Below are positions 56,204 to 64,000 of a stretch of DNA of 64,000 nt, piece by piece. The stretch is taken from IMG/VR virus record IMGVR_UViG_3300044844_000310, one strand, 5' to 3'. The stretch is from an uncultured virus (IMG/VR IMGVR_UViG_3300044844_000310) (Duplodnaviria > Heunggongvirae > Uroviricota > Caudoviricetes). How positions within the stretch are numbered: the stretch's first letter is position 1; every line of letters starts with the position of its first letter. A model generated the notes under the pieces. That model was not told where the DNA came from and searched no databases. It saw nothing but the letters and a program-made list of their open reading frames with translations. A program made the translations under genes and the position numbers.

Positions 56204-56473
56204 TCATATCGTCATCAGGAGCAATGGCTGTAGTTCTTTCAATCTGGTGAGTATGTCCTCGGGGAAGTAGTCCTTCTCCCTCTCCCAGTCGATTTCTGTC
56301 TCTATACCGTGAGTGAACCCATTCTGCATGTGCCGTATGGCAGTTACTAATTTACCTTCAGCTCCCTCATAAAACCCCACGTACAAAGAATAGTCATCTT
56401 TACCTTTAGTCAGCATGACCCATGCTGACTTGCCCGGATCTACTTCACCCCAATGCTCTTTTATCTCACTCAT
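56204..56473 (-). CDS. hypothetical early protein
   Basis: GGAGGAG RBS; ends FP-x-x-[IV]...PLLLM like 53888. Confidence 0.55.
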   Translation of the reverse strand: MSEIKEHWGEVDPGKSAWVMLTKGKDDYSLYVGFYEGAEGKLVTAIRHMQNGFTHGIETEIDWEREKDYFPEDILTRLKELQPLLLMTI

Positions 56474-56538
56474 GTCTCCTCCGTGGGGGCCACTGTTGTA
56501 GCCCCACGCTTTGCGTTCCTAGACTCTCTTAACTAGCT

Positions 56539-57402
56539 TCAATCTTCTTCGTCCTCCCACTGGTCTGCATCGTACGGCGTGCCGACGATAGCACTTGCGT
56601 TGATCTTAAGCGGGTTAAAAAAGTTGTTCTTGTAGAACGTACTGTGCGGAGAGACTGGTGATGATGGCGGTGCGTCCTTCGACCTCTTGAGAAAGTCCTT
56701 CATCTTCTCTCCTGTATTCAACACATCTACCTGCCACGGAATCTCTCCCGGCTTGGCAGTGCCCGATTCAAACGCGTCTAGCAAACGCATCATGGTTTCC
56801 TCGCTCACAATACGCACGCTCTTCTCACGCGCACCCATGCGCTTCCATTGATCCCTTGTGTTGTGCAGGATGGCGGGAGTGAGTGGGGCTAGAAGATCGA
56901 ACTTGTACGATGCAGATGAATTCTTGATGACCTCACCCGTCTTTAGATCCGTCACCCCTCGCATGTAGTGCGAAGATGATCCTCCTGCAGCTATCGTTCG
57001 ATAGTCATTCTTGTACTCGATCTCATAGTTCTGCATGTCCAGCCTGATATTGGAACTGGGCAAAATGATATGGTGCTTTAACGTGTGTTCATAGCCATGG
57101 GCTTCTGATCCTCCGTAGACTTCAAGGCCGTATGCCTCGCTCCCTGTTCGGGCATTGGTGGTCGTAACTGAGTTGCCTTTGTACCTTCCTTCACGCAGAG
57201 ATTGGTTCTGGCGCAGGGTGTGAAGCATGTAGTCGATCTCGGGATAGTACACACCTTCGTCGTAGAGAGAAGAGGATCTACGAGTGTTCTTTGTCTCATA
57301 AATGGGAGACAGGTGGCCTTCAGATTGGAGCCTAGCGAGGAAAATTGGGTATAGCGAAATCTCAAGACTCTCAAGAAGCTCAGGGGATATGGGTTTAGAC
57401 AT
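56539..57402 (-). CDS. hypothetical protein
   Basis: 287-aa ORF, no recognised motif. Confidence 0.55.
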   Translation of the reverse strand: MSKPISPELLESLEISLYPIFLARLQSEGHLSPIYETKNTRRSSSLYDEGVYYPEIDYMLHTLRQNQSLREGRYKGNSVTTTNARTGSEAYGLEVYGGSEAHGYEHTLKHHIILPSSNIRLDMQNYEIEYKNDYRTIAAGGSSSHYMRGVTDLKTGEVIKNSSASYKFDLLAPLTPAILHNTRDQWKRMGAREKSVRIVSEETMMRLLDAFESGTAKPGEIPWQVDVLNTGEKMKDFLKRSKDAPPSSPVSPHSTFYKNNFFNPLKINASAIVGTPYDADQWEDEED

Positions 57403-57587
57403 GGATCTAATCTCTTAAAAGTGGTTAATGAGCTCATAGTTTGGCGTGGTAAGAGATGGGAGTCAAGCGAAAAAATGAGACGATTGAGGCGAATGGTCTT
57501 TTTGGTGTTTTTTGGGGGCTTGAGAATGAGACTTTTAGAATGTGGAAAATTGTCTTAGAAAGCCACCAATGTGTTGAGGTTCTGTAG

Positions 57588-57606
57588 TTTTTAGACGGTC
57601 TAAAAA
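57588..57606. promoter_or_regulatory. palindromic box (opposite orientation)
   Basis: TTTTTAGACGGTCTAAAAA. Confidence 0.75.
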
Positions 57607-57886
57607 GTGAGAACTGAGAGACTTGAGAAATGGGGTTTGGTCGATTTTGGGCCTATCTATCTTATAAAATTTGTAAGTTGTTGATTGTTGGTGTGATATG
57701 AGAGATATGATGGATATAAGTTAGATATGCCGAAATATAGCCACTTACTTGAACACTGAACGGATCAAAGCCCCCCTGAAAGGAAGCCCTTTTCACTTAC
57801 TATATATATTAATCTATATATATTATTATTATTATTTCTCTTAGGCTTTAAAGCGCCCGCGCCCCTGCCTTTCCCCTGCGCCTTGG

Positions 57887-57973
57887 CCCTCCGTCCTAGA
57901 AATACAACTAGCTTCTTCCTCGTTTTTAGACCGTCTAAAAAACCCTCCGTCCTAGAAACTAAGAACTAGCTTC
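57887..57973. repeat. direct repeat pair flanking a palindromic box
   Basis: CCCTCCGTCCTAGAAA-n-AACTAGCTTC at 57887 and 57943; box at 57923-57941. Confidence 0.85.
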
Positions 57974-58011
57974 ATGGGCGCGCCCGCGCGCCGTGCCCGA
58001 ATCGCGGGCAC

Positions 58012-58036
58012 AAAAAAGCCCCGCCGGAGCGGGGCT
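58012..58036 (-). terminator. intrinsic terminator after 58116..58850
   Basis: AGCCCCGC-TCCG-GCGGGGCT then a T run on the minus strand. Confidence 0.8.
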
Positions 58037-58115
58037 GAGAGGGAGGAACTAAGGGATCAGGTCACACAATGCGGGAATGACAATCAAACCCACAATCACA
58101 AACCACAGCAGATAC

Positions 58116-58850
58116 TTATCCATTCTTGGCACCATTTTTCTTTGTTGACTCGGCGACAACCCTGCGAGCTTCGACTAGCTCTTTAAGAAGGGTGCCCGCT
58201 TCGAGCTTATGGCGCTTCTCAATTTCCTCGAAGGCAATAGCGGTGAGCTTAAAGTTCATGAACTGGGTGCACGCTTGCACCCACAAGTCGGCGGGATTCA
58301 TATCAGGCACCGACACATTGACACTAATAGACTCAGGCGAGCCCTTCACGGCGGGTTTTGGTTGCACCAAGGGAGTCGGCGCACTTTGTGCGGTTTGTGG
58401 CTCAGCGGGCACTGTAGGCACTTGCGCGGTCGGTTCACTAGTCGGTGCGGGCTCAGGCGCCTTTTCAGCATGTACTTTCTTATACGTGTTAGGCACTACG
58501 ATGCCCGCCCAATTAACCCATGTCTTTGCTTTGCGCAATCTGTCAGCATTCTGTTGAGTGGGAAGGATCTTATATTCAAAGGCGGTCTTGAGCACACCAA
58601 GCAAACCATCCACGTCTGAGATCTTAGCATCTTCAATGGCGGTCTTGATGTCAGCCTTGATTGCAGTCCACTTGTGTGCACTAAAAGCCTTGAATACTGG
58701 CACGATTGCCTTTCGAAGCTCACCATTCTTTGAGATCAGCTCAGCTTGTTCATCTTTCAGCTTGTCGAGGCGCGCGCTGTTGGTCTGGTAGGCGGTGCAA
58801 TCAGTCACAAAAGAAACCAACAAGGCCTTATCGTTTGCGTTCATGGTCAT
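58116..58850 (-). CDS. hypothetical protein, first gene of the early arm
   Basis: GGAG RBS; two domains joined by a P/A/T linker; own terminator. Confidence 0.65.
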   Translation of the reverse strand: MTMNANDKALLVSFVTDCTAYQTNSARLDKLKDEQAELISKNGELRKAIVPVFKAFSAHKWTAIKADIKTAIEDAKISDVDGLLGVLKTAFEYKILPTQQNADRLRKAKTWVNWAGIVVPNTYKKVHAEKAPEPAPTSEPTAQVPTVPAEPQTAQSAPTPLVQPKPAVKGSPESISVNVSVPDMNPADLWVQACTQFMNFKLTAIAFEEIEKRHKLEAGTLLKELVEARRVVAESTKKNGAKNG

Positions 58851-58901
58851 GGTACTTACTCCAAAAAGAAACCCGAGAAGCCGTCTCGGTGCGGTGTGCA
58901 T

Positions 58902-58958
58902 ATTCTAACCCATATGCAAGGGATACTGTCAAGCTCTCAAATTTAGACAGTCTAAAAA
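58902..58958 (-). promoter_or_regulatory. possible promoter with adjacent palindromic box
   Basis: TTGACA-N19-TAGAAT (58902-58932); box AATTTAGACAGTCTAAAAA at 58940-58958. Confidence 0.5.
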
Positions 58959-59363
58959 CTGAGAGGCCCTAATCAGAATGTATATTATAAAGAATAAAAT
59001 CAGATTATACCATAAAAACATAGTGAGCACAAGCTAACGGTATAAACAGTTTATACAGTTTATACAGAAAAACCCGATTTTCTCAGAGAACTAGCTTCGG
59101 CGAACCCCACGCCACCCGGTACCCCCCGCACAGCGTTGGGACTCCGTCCCGATCTATAGACTGTATTTCCATCTCTAACCCAGCAAAATTTCAAGCAAAA
59201 TCTACATCGTTCTATATATTTCTTATTTTTCTCAAATAAGTCAGACCCCCCCTCCCCCCACCCCTGCTTTCCCCTTTTTCTCCTGCGAGGAGTCCCTAAC
59301 CATCCCTTGCGTCTGAAAATTTTTGTGTTATTTTGTAGGTCTGGCTACTGCCTGCTACACACA

Positions 59364-59873
59364 ATGGATATAACGCCATACAATTTCGCCATTCCCCTGA
59401 TGGTTCAGGGTGACCCAGACCCGATGCTCTTTATGGAGGGCAGTGCGGTTGTCTCCGATCCGGTCAAAGATGCCAAATGGGCGAAAGCTGCGGAAAGCGC
59501 CATCCGTGCCAATCCCTCGGCTAAAACAGAAATCCTCCACGCGGCCCCCAGTGCCCCTGCACTCCGCTCACTCCAGCGTTCAATGGAGAAGTATGACGGC
59601 CCGATGCCCGTCAATAAGGAGCAGTGGCAGAACTTCGTCCTGCAGAAATACTACGAGCAGGCCAACGATATCGATCCCAAGATAAGCAAACCCGCGCTAG
59701 ATGCCCTTGCACGTACCAACGTAGTGGGGCTTAATCAGGATGTGCAGGAAGTCAACATCAGCGTGCGTAGCACCGTCGAGATCGAAAGCGAACTATTACA
59801 GGTTGTAAACAGCCTGCTGAATAAGCCCAAAGAGAAGGTGCTCGATGCAGAGGAAGGAGAATGGACGGAATAA
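59364..59873 (+). CDS. putative terminase small subunit
   Basis: Directly upstream of and overlapping TerL; ALDALA...VGL helix; start uncertain. Confidence 0.6.
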   Translation: MDITPYNFAIPLMVQGDPDPMLFMEGSAVVSDPVKDAKWAKAAESAIRANPSAKTEILHAAPSAPALRSLQRSMEKYDGPMPVNKEQWQNFVLQKYYEQANDIDPKISKPALDALARTNVVGLNQDVQEVNISVRSTVEIESELLQVVNSLLNKPKEKVLDAEEGEWTE

Positions 59874-61372
59874 CCCCCGAACAACTCCAAGCCGCTCTTG
59901 CTGCAGCCTCCCCTGCCCAGCAGATCAAGGTTCAAAAACTCGTTGAAGAGCTCAACAAGCGCAAGCGGCGAGAAGAGGCGCAGGATGATTTCCTAGCGTT
60001 CGTTAGAACGCAGTGGCCTGATTTCATATCAGGTGCCCATCACAGGCGCATTGCCAAGCTCTTTGAGGCGGTAGCCCGAGGAGAAAAGAAACGAATCATC
60101 ATCAACTTAGCGCCACGACATACCAAATCTGAGTTTGCGTCCTTCCTGTTTCCCGCATGGTTCCTTGGTAAAAACCCCAAGAAGAAGGTGATGCAGGTCT
60201 CCAATACGGCTGAGCTCGCTGAAGGTTTTGGTCGTAAAGTGCGAAATCTGCTGGAGACGGAGGAGTACCGTGAAATTTTTCCAGATGTGGAGCTCAGATC
60301 GGATTCGAAGGCTGCGGGACGCTGGAACACAAATTTTGGTGGTGATTACTACGCTACTGGTGTTGGCGCTGCTTTGGCTGGTCGCGGCGCTGATATTGTC
60401 ATTATCGATGACCCTCATACAGAACAGGAAGCTCTTCAAGCCGCCTTCAACCCCGGCGTGTATGACAAAGTGTACGAGTGGTACACAACGGGACCCAGAC
60501 AGCGTTTACAGCCGGGCGGTGCCATTATTATTGTCCAGACACGCTGGTCAATGCGCGACCTGACAGGTCAGATCCTAGAAAACGCAATACAAAGACCGGG
60601 CGCTGACAAATGGGAGGTGTTTGAGTTTCCCGCCATTCTCCCTTCAGGTGCTCCGCTTTGGCCTGAGTTTTGGTCACAAGAAGCCCTTGAAGCCATCAGA
60701 GCTGAAATTCCAGCAGGCAAATGGCAGGCGCAGTACCAGCAGAACCCAACGTCCGATGAGACGGCCATTATCAAACGCGACTCATGGAATACATGGACCA
60801 AGGATGACCCGCCTGACTGTGAGTACACGCTGATGAGTTTCGACTGTGCGTTTGAAGCGAAGCAAACGGCTGACTACAGTGCCATGACCCTGTGGGGAGT
60901 ATGGACCAACGAAGAGGATAGTGAGGACCACGTGATTCTTCTTGATGCGTGGCGGGGCAAGTTGGAGTTTCCTGAGTTAAAGGCGAAGGCGTTGGAGCTG
61001 TATAAGGACGCTGAGCCGGACAGTGTGATCATCGAAAAGAAAGCGACCGGAGCGCCATTGATCTACGAGCTACGTCGTATGGGTATCCCCGTGCAAGAGT
61101 TCACACCATCGAGGGGCAATGACAAGATTGCACGACTTAATGCCATATCGGACATCTTTGCTTCAGGGCGGGTCTGGGCGCCAGACCGCAGGTGGGCGGA
61201 GGAGGTCATTGAGGAGGTAGCGAGTTTTCCAAACGGTAGAAACGACGACTATGTAGATACCGTCTCGCAGGCGCTGAACAGGATAAGGAAGGGAGGTATG
61301 GTGCGTACGCGCCATGACGAGAGAGATGATGACTATTACGCCTACCGCGGGCGTAAAGCAGCGTATTACTAG
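59861..61372 (+). CDS. terL: terminase large subunit
   Basis: PRHTKS Walker A variant, GRGAD, IIDDP, QTRW, YQQNP, D-x-A...DYS, EKKA-x-G, FPNG-x-x-DD-x-VD. Confidence 0.95.
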   Translation: MDGITPEQLQAALAAASPAQQIKVQKLVEELNKRKRREEAQDDFLAFVRTQWPDFISGAHHRRIAKLFEAVARGEKKRIIINLAPRHTKSEFASFLFPAWFLGKNPKKKVMQVSNTAELAEGFGRKVRNLLETEEYREIFPDVELRSDSKAAGRWNTNFGGDYYATGVGAALAGRGADIVIIDDPHTEQEALQAAFNPGVYDKVYEWYTTGPRQRLQPGGAIIIVQTRWSMRDLTGQILENAIQRPGADKWEVFEFPAILPSGAPLWPEFWSQEALEAIRAEIPAGKWQAQYQQNPTSDETAIIKRDSWNTWTKDDPPDCEYTLMSFDCAFEAKQTADYSAMTLWGVWTNEEDSEDHVILLDAWRGKLEFPELKAKALELYKDAEPDSVIIEKKATGAPLIYELRRMGIPVQEFTPSRGNDKIARLNAISDIFASGRVWAPDRRWAEEVIEEVASFPNGRNDDYVDTVSQALNRIRKGGMVRTRHDERDDDYYAYRGRKAAYY

Positions 61373-61380
61373 GAGGAGAT

Positions 61381-61728
61381 ATGAAACAAGAGAAACTGTG
61401 CGAGACCGAGGATATGACGGACAAGGATTACACCCGTTACTATGCTGATCCCATAGAGCAGCAGAAGTTTAATGAGGATATGGGGGTAGAGAACGTGAAG
61501 CAGATGATTGCAGGCATAGCGAACACTAGGCAAGTGGCGGGCAATCACTACAAGAAAATGGACATTCAACCGTGGGATGTTGTTGATTACGGACCCAAAC
61601 AGCAGGCGATTGGGTTTTATAGGTACAATGCGCTCAAATACGTGATGCGTGCTGGCGAGAAAGGCGATTTTAAGGAAGATATTGCCAAAGCCCAGCATTA
61701 CCTTGAGAAGCTCCTCGAAATTTTATAG
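61381..61728 (+). CDS. DUF3310 (SaV-like) protein
   Basis: QVAG-x-HY...IQPWD...NALKY-x-x-R...ED-x-x-KA-x-HYL. Confidence 0.8.
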   Translation: MKQEKLCETEDMTDKDYTRYYADPIEQQKFNEDMGVENVKQMIAGIANTRQVAGNHYKKMDIQPWDVVDYGPKQQAIGFYRYNALKYVMRAGEKGDFKEDIAKAQHYLEKLLEIL

Positions 61729-61736
61729 GTAGCCCC

Positions 61737-64000
61737 ATGCCCATCGAAAGAACCCCGCAGAATAGCCCGATTCAGGATTTTATTGAGCAGAACCAACGTG
61801 CTCAGAGCCCGTTTCTTACGGAAGCTGATGACCAGCCGATTGAAATTACCATCGGTCCTGAAGACGGTGTAGAGGTTGCTGATATCGATATGACGGAGCT
61901 TGAGGCTCCCAGTTTCGATGCAAACCTTGCGGAGTTCATGGATGAGGGGGATTTGACCTCTCTCAGCTCAGATTTGATGGACGACTTCGAAAACGACAAA
62001 GCGTCGAGGAAAGAGTGGGAGGAAACCTATAAAACGGGGCTTGATCTGCTGGGTATCAAGATCGAAGAGCGGTCTGAGCCTTGGGATGGAGCTTGTGGGG
62101 TGTACCACCCGATGCTGACGGAAGCAGCAATTAGGTTCCAGTCGGAGATGATTTCAGAGACTTTCCCTGCACAGGGTCCCGTCAAGGCGCGGATCATTGG
62201 GAAAGCAGACCGAGAGGTCGAAAGGGCGGCGCAGCGCGTCGTTCAGGACATGAATTACCAGCTCACTGAGAAAATGGTGGAGTTCAGACCCGAGCACGAG
62301 AAGATGCTGTGGTCCCTGTCATTGGCAGGTGCGAGCTTCAAGAAGGTGTATTTCGACCCGTCGATCAACCGTCAGGTCAGCATGTTTGTGCCAGCAGAGG
62401 ACATTTACCTCTCTTATGGTGCCTCTAACGCGAACAACGCAGAACGCATCACCCACCTGATGCGAAAGACCAAAAACGAGGTTAGGAAGTTACAATATGC
62501 TGGGTTCTACAGGGACGTAGAGCTCTCTGCTCCGACCAAGGACATCAACGATATTCAGCGCCGGAAAGATGAGGACGCGGGGTTCAGCGCGATTAAGGAT
62601 GATCGGTACCAGCTCCTTGAGATGCAGGTTGAGCTAGACCTGCCGGGGTTTGAAGATACGGACCCAGAGACTGATGAAGAGACAGGCATCGCACTGCCTT
62701 ACGTGGTTACGCTTGAAAAGAGCAGCGGTGAGATTCTTGCCATCCGCAGAAACTACGAAGAACACGACGAACTCAAGCAGCCGCGTCAGCACATCGTCCA
62801 GTACACCTATATTCCCAACGACTCTGGCCCTTACGGGTACGGTCTCATTCACCTAATTGGTGGGTTCGCCAAGGGCGCGACTTCGATTTTGCGGCAGCTC
62901 GTAGATGCGGGCACTCTCTCAAACCTTCCGGGTGGCTTCAAGACCAAGGGTCTTCGTGTCAAAGGAGATGACACACCCATCATGCCGGGGGAATTTCGAG
63001 ATGTCGATGTAGCGTCGGGCACCATGCGCGACAACATCATGCCGCTCCCTTATAAGGAGCCTTCGGCTACGCTCTATCAGCTTTTGCAGAATGTGGTTGA
63101 AGAAGGGCGCCGTCTTGCTGCAGTGGCAGACGTAGACTTTGGAAAGATTCAGGGCGAAGCCCCGGTCGGCACCACGCTGGCAATTCTTGAACGTACCTTG
63201 AAGGTGATGTCTGCTGTTCAGGCGCGTGTACACGCTTCGATGGCACAGGAATTTAAGCTGATCGCTGCTCTTATCCGAGACTATACTGCGCCTACTTATA
63301 GCTACATACCGGACGACCATGCGGGAGCACAGGCGAAGAAGGAAGATTACGAGAAAACTGACATTATTCCGGTTTCGGACCCGAATGCGACTACGATGGC
63401 GCAGAGGATCATCCAGTACCAAGCCGCGATTCAGCTCGCGCAGCAAGCGCCCCAAATCTACAATCTCCCGTTACTGCATCGTCAGATGCTCGAAGTTATG
63501 GGCATCAAGGACGCCGACAAAATTGTTGAAACGGAAGAGGACTTTAAGCCCACGGACCCGGTAACGGAGAACATGGAGATGTTGAAGATGAAAGGCGCCA
63601 AAGCCTTCATCGACCAGAATCACGACGCCCATATCGCCGTGCATAACGCCTTCCTGCAGAATCCTCAGATCGCGCAGCAGATGGGACAAAACCCACAAGC
63701 GCAGGCCATCATGCAGGCATTCCAAGCGCATATCGCAGAACACGTAGGCTTCGCCTATCGCAAACAGATCGAAGTACAACTCGGGGTGCCCCTCCCCCCG
63801 CCAGACGAAGAAATGTCACCGGAACTGGAAGCGCAGGTTGCTCCGCTTCTGGCGCAAGCCTCTCAGCAGGTACTCGCAAACGCTCAGCAACAGGCACAAG
63901 CCCAAGCCGCACAACAAGCCGCTCAAGATCCCGTCGTTCAGCAACAGCAGCAGGAGCTTCAGCTCAAGCAGCAAGAATTGGCTGACAAGAAAGAGATTGA
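61737..64000 (+). CDS. portal protein, 3'-truncated by the window (not in ORF track)
   Basis: Open frame from ATG 61737 to the edge: FDANLAE, SRKEWE, EPW-x-GACGV-x-HP, FPAQGPVK, DAGTLSNLPGG, Q-rich tail. Confidence 0.9.
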   Translation, partial: MPIERTPQNSPIQDFIEQNQRAQSPFLTEADDQPIEITIGPEDGVEVADIDMTELEAPSFDANLAEFMDEGDLTSLSSDLMDDFENDKASRKEWEETYKTGLDLLGIKIEERSEPWDGACGVYHPMLTEAAIRFQSEMISETFPAQGPVKARIIGKADREVERAAQRVVQDMNYQLTEKMVEFRPEHEKMLWSLSLAGASFKKVYFDPSINRQVSMFVPAEDIYLSYGASNANNAERITHLMRKTKNEVRKLQYAGFYRDVELSAPTKDINDIQRRKDEDAGFSAIKDDRYQLLEMQVELDLPGFEDTDPETDEETGIALPYVVTLEKSSGEILAIRRNYEEHDELKQPRQHIVQYTYIPNDSGPYGYGLIHLIGGFAKGATSILRQLVDAGTLSNLPGGFKTKGLRVKGDDTPIMPGEFRDVDVASGTMRDNIMPLPYKEPSATLYQLLQNVVEEGRRLAAVADVDFGKIQGEAPVGTTLAILERTLKVMSAVQARVHASMAQEFKLIAALIRDYTAPTYSYIPDDHAGAQAKKEDYEKTDIIPVSDPNATTMAQRIIQYQAAIQLAQQAPQIYNLPLLHRQMLEVMGIKDADKIVETEEDFKPTDPVTENMEMLKMKGAKAFIDQNHDAHIAVHNAFLQNPQIAQQMGQNPQAQAIMQAFQAHIAEHVGFAYRKQIEVQLGVPLPPPDEEMSPELEAQVAPLLAQASQQVLANAQQQAQAQAAQQAAQDPVVQQQQQELQLKQQELADKKEI

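Noticed and set aside
57403..59363. CRISPR array or tRNAs in the non-coding regions
   Set aside because: Repeats are not regularly spaced and no cloverleaf or T-loop signature was seen

Overview
Near-complete genome of a tailed dsDNA bacteriophage (podovirus-like, no tape-measure gene seen). The portal gene runs off the right edge and probably rejoins the head genes at the left edge. Plus strand, 59.4-64 kb then 1-31.8 kb: terminase, portal, GroES, scaffold, Mu gpT-like capsid, tail/fibre genes, M15 endolysin plus holin, ejection proteins and a 2068-aa polyvalent protein. Minus strand, 58.9 to 31.9 kb: early small genes, a DenV-like glycosylase, a DUF3150 / AAA ATPase / VWA-metallopeptidase operon, a shuffled small-ORF array, a TPR-glycosyltransferase and a replication block (PolA, nucleases, SNF2 helicase, primase-DUF927). 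I found no integrase, tRNA or CRISPR. The most unusual signals are non-coding. A 19-bp palindrome TTTTTAGAC-N-GTCTAAAAA has 10 copies between 41 and 59 kb, and a second motif AACTAGCTTC has 6 copies in the same arm. There are also exact gene-junction direct repeats among the small genes, a pseudoknotted RNA after the capsid gene, and a shared [YFML]-[AK]-x-G-G peptide motif across many virion proteins. All family calls are by eye from motifs and synteny; no database search was run.
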